In this document: positions 9,984-20,029 of the stretch, piece by piece | How positions within the stretch are numbered: the first letter of the stretch is position 1 | Layout of the letters: each line of letters begins with the position of its first letter | Source: Candidatus Saccharimonadia bacterium | GTDB taxonomy: Bacteria > Patescibacteriota > Saccharimonadia > Saccharimonadales > JALRHH01 | Assembly (NCBI GenBank): GCA_023253175.1 | Contig: JALRHH010000001.1 | Location: 108,020-172,019, forward strand | Direction of reading: 5' to 3' | DNA length: 64,000 nucleotides | Notes under the pieces: model-generated | Database searches by the model: none | The model's input: the letters and a program-made list of their open reading frames with translations, nothing else | Told to the model about the DNA's origin: nothing | Program-made: the position numbers and the translations under genes

Positions 9984-10015
9984 TTAGAATATAAGTATAA
10001 GCGTAATTATTCTAA
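9984..10015. promoter_or_regulatory. inverted repeat TTAGAATA-N16-TATTCTAA upstream of gap
   Basis: Perfect 8-bp arms ending 14 nt before the gap ATG. Either an operator candidate or a weak hairpin. Confidence 0.35.
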
Positions 10016-10028
10016 AAGGAACAAAAAT

Positions 10029-11045
10029 ATGAAAACAAGGGTGGCTATTAACGGATTCGGACGTATTGGTCGGAATGCTTTTAAGATTGCATTTGAACGT
10101 GGTGACTGCGAGATCGTTGCCATTAACGACTTGACGGATACCAAGACGCTCGCTTACTTACTAAAGCACGACAGTAACTACGGTACCTATCAGCACGAAG
10201 TCTCATTTGATGATTCACATATTATTGTTGACGGCAAAAGCATCCGCGTAACTGCAGAAAAAGATCCATCTCTCCTCCCGTGGGGCGAACTGCAGGTTGA
10301 TGTAGTTATTGAATCGACTGGCCGCTTCACCAAGAAAGAGGACGCAGAGCTACACATTAAGGCTGGTGCGAAGCGCGTAGTTATATCTGGTCCAACAAAA
10401 AGTGATGGCGTGGACACCATCGTGCTTGGTGCCAATGATGACAAGCTCGAGGGCGCAAGTCAGGTAATTAGCAATGCAAGCTGTACGACTAATTCACTTG
10501 GTGCTGTCATGGCAATTCTGGAAGCAAACTTTGGCGTTGAAAAGTCACTCCTGACCACGGTACACAGTTACACTGCAAGCCAGGCGCTGCAGGACGCACC
10601 GAACAAGGACCTTCGTGAAGGCCGTAATGCAGCAGAAAATATCGTACCAACAACTACTGGTGCGGCAATTGCGGTAACGCTGACTTTGCCACAGCTTAAA
10701 GATAAATTTGATGGGCTCAGTATTCGTGTTCCTACCCCAGTTGTTTCAATTAGCGACATAACAGTCTTGCTTAAAAAGAACGCAACTGTAGAAGAGATCA
10801 ACGATGTGTTCCGCAAGGCTGCCGAAGAGCCATTCTATCAAGGCATCCTTGGCGTGAGCGATGAGCCGCTTGTCAGTAGCGACTACATAGGGAATAGTCA
10901 CTCTGGTACCGTCGATTTGCTATTAACTAAGGTAGTCGGCGGAAATCTTGCAAAGATTATGGTGTGGTATGACAACGAATGGGGCTACAGTAATCGTCTT
11001 GTTGAAGTGGTGGCTGATACTGGTCGCACGCTTCATAGTTCATAG
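10029..11045 (+). CDS. gap: glyceraldehyde-3-phosphate dehydrogenase
   Basis: INGFGRIGRN NAD motif and catalytic SNASCTTN. Confidence 0.93.
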   Translation: MKTRVAINGFGRIGRNAFKIAFERGDCEIVAINDLTDTKTLAYLLKHDSNYGTYQHEVSFDDSHIIVDGKSIRVTAEKDPSLLPWGELQVDVVIESTGRFTKKEDAELHIKAGAKRVVISGPTKSDGVDTIVLGANDDKLEGASQVISNASCTTNSLGAVMAILEANFGVEKSLLTTVHSYTASQALQDAPNKDLREGRNAAENIVPTTTGAAIAVTLTLPQLKDKFDGLSIRVPTPVVSISDITVLLKKNATVEEINDVFRKAAEEPFYQGILGVSDEPLVSSDYIGNSHSGTVDLLLTKVVGGNLAKIMVWYDNEWGYSNRLVEVVADTGRTLHSS

Positions 11046-11054
11046 GTAATCGCC

Positions 11055-11498
11055 ATGAAGGTGTATATAGCAGCTGATCACAGGGGTTTTTCTCTCAGAG
11101 AATCTATCATTGAGTATTTATCCCGGGCTGGCTATGACGTTGTTGACGATAGTGTCGCAAAACTTGATCCAACGGATGATTATCCGGTTGTGGCACAGCG
11201 ACTCGTGAAAGATGTCTTATCGTCAGATGATCAGGATGTTCGTGGAATTCTCATTTGCGGCAGCGGACAGGGTGTGTGTATGGCCGCAAATAGATTTAAG
11301 GGTATCAGGGCTTTGCTTGGATATGATCGGCATGCCGTAAAGAGTGCTCGTACTGATGACGATGCAAACGTACTCTGCCTACCGGCTGATATTCTGAAGA
11401 CGGAAGATGCAAACGTACTTGCTGAAACGTTCCTAAATACTCCATTTGTACCAGAGGCAAGATATGTCCGGCGTATTCGTGAAATGGACGACATGTAA
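11055..11498 (+). CDS. rpiB: ribose-5-phosphate isomerase B
   Basis: LacAB/RpiB pattern GILICGSGQGVCMAANR. 147 aa. Confidence 0.85.
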   Translation: MKVYIAADHRGFSLRESIIEYLSRAGYDVVDDSVAKLDPTDDYPVVAQRLVKDVLSSDDQDVRGILICGSGQGVCMAANRFKGIRALLGYDRHAVKSARTDDDANVLCLPADILKTEDANVLAETFLNTPFVPEARYVRRIREMDDM

Positions 11499-12139
11499 TG
11501 AGCGTGGTGTGCCCAACAGTTACAGCCTACGATATACATGAGTATTCTCGGCAGCTTCGCCTTATATCTTTGTTTGCAGAACGTGTCCATGTGGACCTAA
11601 TGGACGGTGTATTTGCACCAACTGTTTCACCGGGACTAGAGGAAATAAAAATACCACATCATGGTATGGCCGATGTGCATTTAATGTACCAGCGTCCCAT
11701 GGATGTACTGCAGCAATTAATTCATTTAAAGCCTTACATGGTAGTGATCCATAACGAAGCCGACGTGCACCATATGCATTTTGTAGCAGAGCTGCATAAG
11801 CACGATATAAAGGCGGGCCTCGCAATACTCCGCGACACCCCGGTCGAATATGCATATCAAATTATGCATAGCTTTGATCATGTTCTGATATTCAGCGGTA
11901 AGCTGGGCTATCACGGCGGCGAGGCAGACTTGGGCCTACTTGATAAGGTGCGCAAGGTCAGGGAGCATCATCCCGATGCCGAGATTGGCTGGGATGGCGG
12001 CATTAACGAACATAATATCCGGCAGCTGGTTGATGCGGGAGTCGACGTGCTGAACGTCGGTGGCTCTATACAAAAAGCTTCGAACCCAGAAGCTGCTTAT
12101 GCTACACTTAAAGAAATAATCGAACGAGACAATGGGTAA
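11498..12139 (+). CDS. ribulose-phosphate 3-epimerase-like (divergent)
   Basis: HVDLMDGVFAP and DVHLM motifs and a TIM-barrel-sized product. Start overlaps the rpiB stop by 1 nt (TAATG). Confidence 0.65.
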   Translation: MSVVCPTVTAYDIHEYSRQLRLISLFAERVHVDLMDGVFAPTVSPGLEEIKIPHHGMADVHLMYQRPMDVLQQLIHLKPYMVVIHNEADVHHMHFVAELHKHDIKAGLAILRDTPVEYAYQIMHSFDHVLIFSGKLGYHGGEADLGLLDKVRKVREHHPDAEIGWDGGINEHNIRQLVDAGVDVLNVGGSIQKASNPEAAYATLKEIIERDNG

Positions 12140-12989
12140 AAAACTAACACTTGAACAACTAGAGCAAAAGGCGATTGAAATCCGAGAGGATATCATCAAG
12201 TCACTCGAGCACGCAGGCAGCGGGCACAGTGCCGGGCCACTCGGCCTAGCCGATATATTTACGGCACTGTATTTTGATATTCTGAAACATGATCCAAAAA
12301 AGCCTGATTGGGATCAGCGCGATATTCTGCTGCTTAGTAACGGTCACTGTGTTCCGGTTCAATACGTCACCATGGCCCATGCCGGTTATTTTGACAAGAA
12401 AGAGCTTATGACACTGCGCCAATTTGGCTCGCGCTTGCAGGGTCATCCGGAGCGTACTAAACTTCCGGGCCTTGAAAATACCAGTGGGCCACTCGGGTCT
12501 GGCCTCAGCCAGGCAGCCGGTATGGCACTTGGTATGCGCATGAATAAAGATCACCACCGTTGGGTGTATGTGGTCATGGGTGATGGCGAGCAGAACGAGG
12601 GGAATGTTTGGGAAGCAGCAATGCTTGCGGGCAAGTACAAGCTCAACAACATTATTGCGATTACTGATCGTAACTATATTCAGATTGATGGTCCGACGGA
12701 AACAGTGATGCCACTTGATAACCTAAAACTTAAATGGGAATCGTTTGGCTGGCATGTTATCGAAATTGACGGCAATAATATGGAGGCAATCATCGATGCC
12801 GCAGCTATGGCCCGTGCGGTTGCTGACAAGCCAATTATGATAATTGCGCATACAATTCCAGGCAAGGGCGTTGATTTTATGGAATATGACTTCCACTGGC
12901 ACGGCATGCCGCCTAATCACGATCAAGCGGTAGAGGCGCTCAAAGACCTTCGTTCACTCAAAGGAAAAATCAGGAGCGAACATGAGTAA
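12132..12989 (+). CDS. transketolase, N-terminal (TPP-binding) subunit
   Basis: GHSAGPLG and GDGEQNEGNVWEA thiamine-diphosphate motifs. Split-gene form. Confidence 0.88.
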   Translation: MGKKLTLEQLEQKAIEIREDIIKSLEHAGSGHSAGPLGLADIFTALYFDILKHDPKKPDWDQRDILLLSNGHCVPVQYVTMAHAGYFDKKELMTLRQFGSRLQGHPERTKLPGLENTSGPLGSGLSQAAGMALGMRMNKDHHRWVYVVMGDGEQNEGNVWEAAMLAGKYKLNNIIAITDRNYIQIDGPTETVMPLDNLKLKWESFGWHVIEIDGNNMEAIIDAAAMARAVADKPIMIIAHTIPGKGVDFMEYDFHWHGMPPNHDQAVEALKDLRSLKGKIRSEHE

Positions 12990-13962
12990 TCTGCATTTAA
13001 TTGAGGACGTATTAGCAAAAGATATTGAAAAGATTCCAACCCGGAAGGGATTTGGCAAGGGCCTGCTCGAGGCGGGCAAGCGTGATGAGAATGTCGTGGC
13101 GCTCTGTGCTGACTTGACAGATTCTACGCAGATTAGCTTATTCCGTGATGCGTTCCCTGATCGTTTCGTTGAGATTGGCGTCGCAGAACAGAATCTTGCA
13201 ACGGTTGGATCTGGCCTGGCCGCAATGGGTAAGATTCCATTTGTCAGTAGTTATGCAGCATTCAGTCCTGGTCGTAACTGGGAGCAGATTAAGACGACAG
13301 TCGCTCTTAATGACGTGCCAGTTAAGATTGTTGGTGCTCATGCTGGTCTATATACTGGCGCAGACGGTGCAACACATCAGATGTTAGAAGACATTGCTTT
13401 GATGCGTGTGATGCCAAATATGGTTGTAGTCGTGCCCGGTGATGCGCTGGAGGCAGAGAAAGCAACGCTAGCACTTGCTGAAGACAAGCGTCCTGCGTAT
13501 ATTCGCTTAGCCCGTGAGGCAACCCCTGTTCTTACAACTGAGAAGTCACCTTTTAAGATTGGTAAAGCATACGTCTATGCAGAGGGTGCTGATGTCACCG
13601 TAATTAGTACCGGTACCATGACGTACCAGGCAATGGTTGCTGCTGAGATGTTATTTAAGGATGGCATTGATATTGAAGTTATTCATTGTCCAACGATTAA
13701 GCCCCTTGATGCAGTTACGATTCTAAAAAGCGTTCATAAAACCAAAGCCGTTATTACGGTCGAAGAGGCACAGATTAATGGCGGTCTTGGTGGAGCGGTC
13801 GCAGAACTTCTCGGCGAAGAGTACCCGGTGCCACTCAAGCGACTTGGTGTTCGAGACGCGTATGGTGAATCAGGGAAACCTGAAGAGCTTTTACACAAAC
13901 ACGGTCTAACCGCAAAGCACATAGCCATGGCTGCACACCACATGATGGATAAGAAAGGGTAA
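12982..13962 (+). CDS. transketolase, C-terminal (pyrimidine-binding) subunit
   Basis: FVEIGVAEQN motif. Overlaps the N-terminal subunit gene by 8 nt. Confidence 0.88.
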   Translation: MSNLHLIEDVLAKDIEKIPTRKGFGKGLLEAGKRDENVVALCADLTDSTQISLFRDAFPDRFVEIGVAEQNLATVGSGLAAMGKIPFVSSYAAFSPGRNWEQIKTTVALNDVPVKIVGAHAGLYTGADGATHQMLEDIALMRVMPNMVVVVPGDALEAEKATLALAEDKRPAYIRLAREATPVLTTEKSPFKIGKAYVYAEGADVTVISTGTMTYQAMVAAEMLFKDGIDIEVIHCPTIKPLDAVTILKSVHKTKAVITVEEAQINGGLGGAVAELLGEEYPVPLKRLGVRDAYGESGKPEELLHKHGLTAKHIAMAAHHMMDKKG

Positions 13963-13965
13963 TTA

Positions 13966-14880
13966 ATGTCTTTATCATTAAAACAAATCCGTAAAAACTG
14001 CGAAGATGCACGTAATGCAATGGCTCGTGCGAGGGCTGAGCACTTTGCACTCGGGGCATTTAATCTAGACAATCAAGAAACACTTATAGCAGTTGCCCGA
14101 GCTGCCGCTAAAAAGAATGCGCCAGTTCTCGTTGAAATAAGTCAAGGCGAAGTAGATGCACTTGGTATTGATAATGTCCGTGACATGGTTGACAACTACA
14201 AGGAACAGTATGGTGTTGAAATGTATGTAAACCTTGATCATAGCCCAACAATCGCTGGTGCAATCGCCGGTATCGAGGCTGGATTTGAATTCATTCATAT
14301 TGATATAAGTCAGGCTCGGAAGGACGCTACGGTTGAAGAGATTATTGCTGAAACCAAGCAGGTTGTGCAGTATGCTCGGCTGACGGGAGCAATTGTAGAG
14401 AGTGAACCGCATTACTTTGGCGGCTCGTCAAATGTTCACAAAGAAGCTATTAATTACAATGAAATCAAGAAGACTTTTAGTACACCAGAAGGCGCATATG
14501 CGTTCGTTGAAGCAACAGGTATTGATACCTTCGCTGCGGCGGTAGGCAATCTTCATGGTAGTTACCCGGTGCCTAAGAAGCTTGATATTGAGCTACTGAA
14601 GCAAGTGAGGGAGGCGATTAACTGTAACATTAGCCTTCATGGCGGTAGCGGCACGCCAGGTCACTATTTCGTAGATGCAGTTAAAATTGGTGTTACGAAG
14701 ATTAATATTAATTCTGACATGCGCGTGGCATACCGAAAGACACTTGAGCAAGTGCTTGCTGATAATCCAGGGGAATTTGCGGTTATTAAGCTCATGGATA
14801 CGGTTATAGACGCAGTTCAGACTGTCGTTGAATCAAAGATTGATATGTTCAATTCCACAGGCAAGGCACAACCTCAATAA
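13966..14880 (+). CDS. fba: class II fructose/tagatose-bisphosphate aldolase
   Basis: FNLDNQE, NLDHS and LHGGSG motifs of class II aldolases. Confidence 0.85.
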   Translation: MSLSLKQIRKNCEDARNAMARARAEHFALGAFNLDNQETLIAVARAAAKKNAPVLVEISQGEVDALGIDNVRDMVDNYKEQYGVEMYVNLDHSPTIAGAIAGIEAGFEFIHIDISQARKDATVEEIIAETKQVVQYARLTGAIVESEPHYFGGSSNVHKEAINYNEIKKTFSTPEGAYAFVEATGIDTFAAAVGNLHGSYPVPKKLDIELLKQVREAINCNISLHGGSGTPGHYFVDAVKIGVTKININSDMRVAYRKTLEQVLADNPGEFAVIKLMDTVIDAVQTVVESKIDMFNSTGKAQPQ

Positions 14881-14908
14881 TAGCAATGCAGTAAAACTGT
14901 CTAACTTC

Positions 14909-14938
14909 TTGCAATGTTAGATAATTACGTGACATAAT
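14909..14938 (+). promoter_or_regulatory. putative promoter of the pfkB-family kinase unit
   Basis: TTGCAA, an 18-nt spacer, then CATAAT, downstream of a weak hairpin (TCTAAC/GTTAGA, 14900-14921) that follows fba. Confidence 0.4.
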
Positions 14939-14979
14939 GGTTATGATTAGTTAGAAAGTATAACGAAAGAACGGGTGGG

Positions 14980-15984
14980 ATGAGTCAAAAACTAGACGTA
15001 CTTTGCATAGGTGATGTCGTAACCGATGCATTTATTAAGCTGCTTGATGATCGCGCAGTGACGTACGAAAACGAAAATGGCAAATGGCTCGCGATGCCAT
15101 TTGGCATGAAGATTCCATTTGACCATACAGAGGTTATCGAAGCAGTTGGTAATGCAAGTAACGCAGCTGCTTCATTCGAGCGACTCGGCCTAGAAGCTGG
15201 ACTGGTATCAAACGTTGGTTCTGATCAGGCGGGCCGTGACATTGTTAATGCACTGAACAACAAGGGCGTGGATACGAGGTTTGTACACGTAAACAAGAAC
15301 AAAGTCAGTAACTATCACTATGTTCTTTGGTATAAAGAAGAACGCACTATCTTGATCAAGCATGAAGAGTTTAAGTACGAGTGGCCACGTTTCCGTGCAT
15401 CAGATATTCCACGTTGGGTTTACTTTAGTTCAATAAGCAAGGATGCGATTGATCACTATCATGATCAGGTTATGGACTGGCTCGACGAAAATCCAGAAGT
15501 TAAATTAGCATTCCAGCCGGGTACATTCCAGATGGAAGCTGGTGTCGACAAGATGCGCCGCCTCTACGGTCGTGCAGAGGTGGTGGTATTGAACCGCGAA
15601 GAAGCTGTCTATGTTTCAGGCGGTAACTACGATGATGTACACGATCTTATTAATCGATTCCATCAACTTGGTACCAAGATTGTGGTTATTACCGATGGCC
15701 CTGCAGGTGCTTATGCGAGTGACGGCGAAAATCGATTTAAGATGCCACTTTACCCAGACCCAGCGGCTCCGGTCGAGCGAACCGGTGCGGGTGATGCATT
15801 TGCATCGACGTTTGTTGCGGCAATTATGAAGGGTAATACAATTGAGGGCGCACTCCAGTGGGCTCCGATTAATTCAATGAATGTTGTGCAGCACGTTGGG
15901 GCACAAGCAGGCCTTCTTACTGAGCACGAACTCGGTGAGCTATTGAAGGTTGCGCCTGAATGGTACCAGCCAGAAAGATTCTAA
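14980..15984 (+). CDS. PfkB-family carbohydrate kinase
   Basis: C-terminal TGAGDAFAS signature of the ribokinase/PfkB family. Substrate not assignable. Confidence 0.8.
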   Translation: MSQKLDVLCIGDVVTDAFIKLLDDRAVTYENENGKWLAMPFGMKIPFDHTEVIEAVGNASNAAASFERLGLEAGLVSNVGSDQAGRDIVNALNNKGVDTRFVHVNKNKVSNYHYVLWYKEERTILIKHEEFKYEWPRFRASDIPRWVYFSSISKDAIDHYHDQVMDWLDENPEVKLAFQPGTFQMEAGVDKMRRLYGRAEVVVLNREEAVYVSGGNYDDVHDLINRFHQLGTKIVVITDGPAGAYASDGENRFKMPLYPDPAAPVERTGAGDAFASTFVAAIMKGNTIEGALQWAPINSMNVVQHVGAQAGLLTEHELGELLKVAPEWYQPERF

Positions 15985-15993
15985 GAGACCAAG

Positions 15994-17238
15994 ATGTCTA
16001 GGCTTTTGTCTGAACTTCTAGATGCAGGAGAGCCGATGTTTTCTATGGCTATTAGCCAGTTAGAGCGGGTATCTGGTAATCCAAGCGCTGATGTTAGGCT
16101 AACGGCTGAAATTGTAGGTAAGGTCCACATAAAGCTCCGTAGCCTAGGCCTTGACCCGAAAGACACGACTGGCCGTGAACTTTACTCGGCCCTTATTAGC
16201 TTACTGAAGAAACATGATACGTTTTTAGCCAATCGAATTGGGATTGATGACCCAGAGGATGTTGGCCAAGTGCTGGATCGTATTTATGACGTGATCCCCG
16301 CGCTTGGCGTCCCTATGAAAGCTTGGGTGCTGAAACCAGCCGCCGCTAAGCGCCTTCTAAGGCAGACTCCACCTAAGAGGGTGATGAAGCAATTAGGCTA
16401 TCGTTCTGTGGACTCTATGCTGAAACGTGAGTCGGTTCATGAGCTATTCGCTGCCTTGAGATTCCTAGAGAGCAAAGAGTGGCTCGATAGATTCATTACA
16501 AAATATAAGACATTAAAGCCTTCTGATTTTGAGACGCGAAATATAGAGCTAATCCGAATGGATGTTGATAAATGGGGCAAGTCAGCTATGAACTATGTTC
16601 AGTCAACGAGGCAAAACATAACTTACCTCAAGGAAGTAGGTGTCGTTGCGATGATGCCATTGCCGATTCAAAAGATGTCAGGCCTCACGATTATTACGCT
16701 GCCACTTATTCTCCACTATATTAATGAAATCAGAGTGTATGCTACTTTCTTTAAATCTCGTCAAACTCGCGCAGATTTTGCCCAGACAATAATTGATACG
16801 TTGGTTTCTGATCCAGGTAAGCATGCTTCAGTTGCGGGGCAGCACATCCACTGGCGGGTTATCCATAGGCACCTGGGTTCTGAACATGCTTCAATTGCGG
16901 ATATATTTGAACCACATGTAGATGCAGAGGATCTGATTTGGCGTAAGGCAGAAGAGACATTGTACCGTTTAGAGCCCGCACTTCATTTCTGGTATGACAT
17001 GGAATATGTTGGCGTGACATTTGACGGGCGACCGGTGTCCTTCAATTTGACCGACATTGCCATTAGTTATGCAAATAATTTAGCTTACGGAACGCAGTCG
17101 GTGTATCATATGCGGCAAAACATTTGGAACGAAATATACCTCAGATATATTAGAGAGCGATCTGTTGAACAGCACGTCGCAAAGCAGTTTGGGCAGAGTG
17201 ATCTCGATGCCGATATCATTGCGCTCGGACTCATGTAG
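15994..17238 (+). CDS. hypothetical protein (414 aa, His-rich patch HIHWRVIHRHLGSEH)
   Basis: Long ORF 9 nt after the kinase stop. No family recognised. Confidence 0.6.
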   Translation: MSRLLSELLDAGEPMFSMAISQLERVSGNPSADVRLTAEIVGKVHIKLRSLGLDPKDTTGRELYSALISLLKKHDTFLANRIGIDDPEDVGQVLDRIYDVIPALGVPMKAWVLKPAAAKRLLRQTPPKRVMKQLGYRSVDSMLKRESVHELFAALRFLESKEWLDRFITKYKTLKPSDFETRNIELIRMDVDKWGKSAMNYVQSTRQNITYLKEVGVVAMMPLPIQKMSGLTIITLPLILHYINEIRVYATFFKSRQTRADFAQTIIDTLVSDPGKHASVAGQHIHWRVIHRHLGSEHASIADIFEPHVDAEDLIWRKAEETLYRLEPALHFWYDMEYVGVTFDGRPVSFNLTDIAISYANNLAYGTQSVYHMRQNIWNEIYLRYIRERSVEQHVAKQFGQSDLDADIIALGLM

Positions 17239-17299
17239 TTCAACTGGATAGAATGATAATCATGGAGTAAACTGGGCATATAAGTCGGAGGTTTAGGTT

Positions 17300-18037
17300 A
17301 TGAAGATTCATGACAATCAAACTGGATTTAGTCCGGTACTGATAGCTGTAATAGTTGGAGCGATTTCATTAGTGGGTCTGCTGGGCTGGTTTGCCTACAA
17401 CCGCGACAGCAACAATCAGGACAAAACACCGTCAGCCCAGATTAATAATTTTGATGAATGTGTTGCTGCCGGAAATCCGGTCATGGAATCATATCCGGAA
17501 CAGTGTGCGGCAAATGGCAAAACTTTCACTAAAAACATAAATGTCAAAGCTGCTCCAGCTGACGAAACATCAAGTTGGCTATTATATGAATCTCCGGGTA
17601 AGGAATACTCTATGAGGCTGGCTGATGGATGGAGTTTACTGCGCTGCGATAAGAGTCCCAGTATGTACACCTACGACAACAGCAAATTAATGTTCTTGGC
17701 GGGCCAAAAGGCTGTGGTCTCGGAAATTAGTTGTGGCAGTGACGGCAGAACGGGCCTTTTTATTAACCATGCTACTCAAAACATCGAGCAAATCGTGACA
17801 CCAGGTGCCAAGCAGACCTCCCTCAAGACGAACGATGGGCTCGAGGTCGAGAAGTATTACTGGGTTGTCAGTGGGTATGGCGAAGGTATTGGAATGGCAA
17901 ACGGTGATACCGAGTACACCTATGTTATTCGCCAGAGTGCCAAAAGCGTTATGACGGTGAGCTATAGCTTCCAGCCAGGGAATACTGATTATCATGAACT
18001 GGTCGAGAAGGTTATTAAGACTATTTCTATAAAATAG
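17300..18037 (+). CDS. hypothetical membrane-anchored extracytoplasmic protein
   Basis: N-terminal TM helix, then a Cys-containing domain (FDECVAAGNPVMESYPEQCAANGKTF). Strong SD GGAGG. Confidence 0.6.
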   Translation: MKIHDNQTGFSPVLIAVIVGAISLVGLLGWFAYNRDSNNQDKTPSAQINNFDECVAAGNPVMESYPEQCAANGKTFTKNINVKAAPADETSSWLLYESPGKEYSMRLADGWSLLRCDKSPSMYTYDNSKLMFLAGQKAVVSEISCGSDGRTGLFINHATQNIEQIVTPGAKQTSLKTNDGLEVEKYYWVVSGYGEGIGMANGDTEYTYVIRQSAKSVMTVSYSFQPGNTDYHELVEKVIKTISIK

Positions 18038-18049
18038 ATATGTTATTTT

Positions 18050-18058
18050 TGCTACAAT
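18050..18058 (+). promoter_or_regulatory. extended -10 element TGCTACAAT 6 nt upstream of the uvrB ATG
   Basis: TGnTAnAAT geometry. No SD at functional spacing before uvrB. Confidence 0.45.
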
Positions 18059-18064
18059 ATTAGG

Positions 18065-20029
18065 ATGAGTAAGTTTCAGCTTAAATCCGAATATAAGCCA
18101 ACCGGTGATCAGCCGACTGCAATTAAGCAGTTGACTGATGGCCTCAATAAGGGCGAAAAAGAGCAGACACTACTGGGGGTGACTGGTTCTGGTAAGACGT
18201 TCACAATGGCTAACATTATTCAGAATGTACAGCGACCGACGCTGATACTGAGTCACAACAAAACTTTGGCTGCGCAGCTGTACAACGAGTTTAAGAATTT
18301 CTTCCCGGATAACGCCGTTCACTATTTTGTGAGCTATTTTGATTATTATCAGCCAGAAGCATATATTGCTCGTTCTGATACATATATTGAAAAAGATAGT
18401 CAGATCAATGAAGAGATTGACCGTTTAAGACATGCTGCCACTGATGCGCTGCTGACTCGCCGGGATGTGATTATTGTAGCGAGTGTAAGCTGTATCTATG
18501 GTATTGGCTCAGTTGAAGATTACGGTGATATGGCGGTGATTGCGGCAGTAGGTGAGCGCCGCGTCCGTGACAAGTTCCTGCGCCAACTAACTGATATTCA
18601 GTATCAGCGAAACGATGTTGATTTTCACCGTGGAACGTTTAGGGTTCGGGGCGACGTGGTTGATGTATTCCCGGCATCCGAAGAAGTTGCATACCGTATT
18701 GAGTTTTTCGGGGATGAAATAGATAGAATTACTCGGATTGATCCACTTACCGGTGAGATTCTGGCTAATCTTGATGAGCTGCGCGTATTCCCGAGTAGTC
18801 ACTACGTAACGCCGCAGCAAAAACTAAAGGTTGCCTTAGGCCAGATCGAGCAAGAGCTTGATGAAAGGACTGCTCTCTTTGAAAAGCAGAATAAGCTACT
18901 GGAAGCACAGCGTATCGGTCAACGAACAAGATTTGATCTTGAGATGCTTGAAGAGACTGGCTTTGTGAAGGGCATCGAGAATTATAGCCGTTACCTGACA
19001 AACCGAGAACCAGGCGAGCAGCCTGCAACACTGCTTGATTACTTCCCTGATGACTATCTGTTGCTAGTAGACGAGTCTCACATGACCATTCCGCAGGTCA
19101 GGGCGATGTACAATGGGGACCGCGCACGAAAAGAAGTCCTAGTTGAACATGGTTTCAGATTGCCGAGCGCACTTGATAACCGTCCTCTAAAGTTTACTGA
19201 GTTCGAGCGTCATGTTAACCAGGCTATCTATGTTTCGGCGACTCCAGCAGAATACGAGTTGTCGCGCAGTCCTGAGCCAGCGCAGCAGGTGATCCGCCCA
19301 ACAGGACTGCTTGACCCACCAATTACGGTTAGGCCAATTGAGGGTCAGATTGATGATCTGATTGCAGAGATCCGAGATACCATTGCCAAGCATCAGAGGG
19401 TTCTTGTCACGACACTGACCAAGCGTATGTCAGAGGATTTGACCGAGTATCTTCAGGACCTAAATATCAAAGTTGCCTATCTCCATAGTGACGTAGACAC
19501 ACTTGATCGAACTGATATATTGCGTGATCTACGGCTGGGCACCTATGATGTGCTCGTTGGTATTAACCTGCTACGCGAAGGACTAGACCTTCCTGAGGTA
19601 AGCCTTGTGGCAATCCTGGACGCTGATAAAGAAGGCTTCCTGCGTAGTGAATCAGCACTCATTCAGACTGTTGGTCGTGCGGCACGCCACGAGCAAGGGC
19701 GAGTAATTATGTACGCCGATACTATTACTCGCAGCATGAAGGCAACGCTTGACGAGACAGAACGTCGCCGTAAAATTCAGACAGACTACAATGAGAAACA
19801 TGGTATTACCCCTACTGGAGTCCGGAAAGCTATCGAGAAGGGAATGCGACCTGATCTTCCAGAAGAGGCCAAGACCGCAAAGCTCAATCTCAAGAAGATT
19901 CCAAAAGACGAATATAAATATCTTATCAAGGACTTGTCTGGTCAAATGGATCTAGCGGCTGCTAATTTGGAATTCGAAAAAGCAGCCGAGCTTCGTGACA
20001 TCATCGAAGATATTAAATCTAAGCTATAG
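18065..20029 (+). CDS. uvrB: excinuclease ABC subunit B
   Basis: [10 protein letters not shown] Walker A, helicase motifs, and a C-terminal UVR domain ([10 protein letters not shown]). Confidence 0.95.
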   Translation: MSKFQLKSEYKPTGDQPTAIKQLTDGLNKGEKEQTLLGVTGSGKTFTMANIIQNVQRPTLILSHNKTLAAQLYNEFKNFFPDNAVHYFVSYFDYYQPEAYIARSDTYIEKDSQINEEIDRLRHAATDALLTRRDVIIVASVSCIYGIGSVEDYGDMAVIAAVGERRVRDKFLRQLTDIQYQRNDVDFHRGTFRVRGDVVDVFPASEEVAYRIEFFGDEIDRITRIDPLTGEILANLDELRVFPSSHYVTPQQKLKVALGQIEQELDERTALFEKQNKLLEAQRIGQRTRFDLEMLEETGFVKGIENYSRYLTNREPGEQPATLLDYFPDDYLLLVDESHMTIPQVRAMYNGDRARKEVLVEHGFRLPSALDNRPLKFTEFERHVNQAIYVSATPAEYELSRSPEPAQQVIRPTGLLDPPITVRPIEGQIDDLIAEIRDTIAKHQRVLVTTLTKRMSEDLTEYLQDLNIKVAYLHSDVDTLDRTDILRDLRLGTYDVLVGINLLREGLDLPEVSLVAILDADKEGFLRSESALIQTVGRAARHEQGRVIMYADTITRSMKATLDETERRRKIQTDYNEKHGITPTGVRKAIEKGMRPDLPEEAKTAKLNLKKIPKDEYKYLIKDLSGQMDLAAANLEFEKAAELRDIIEDIKSKL

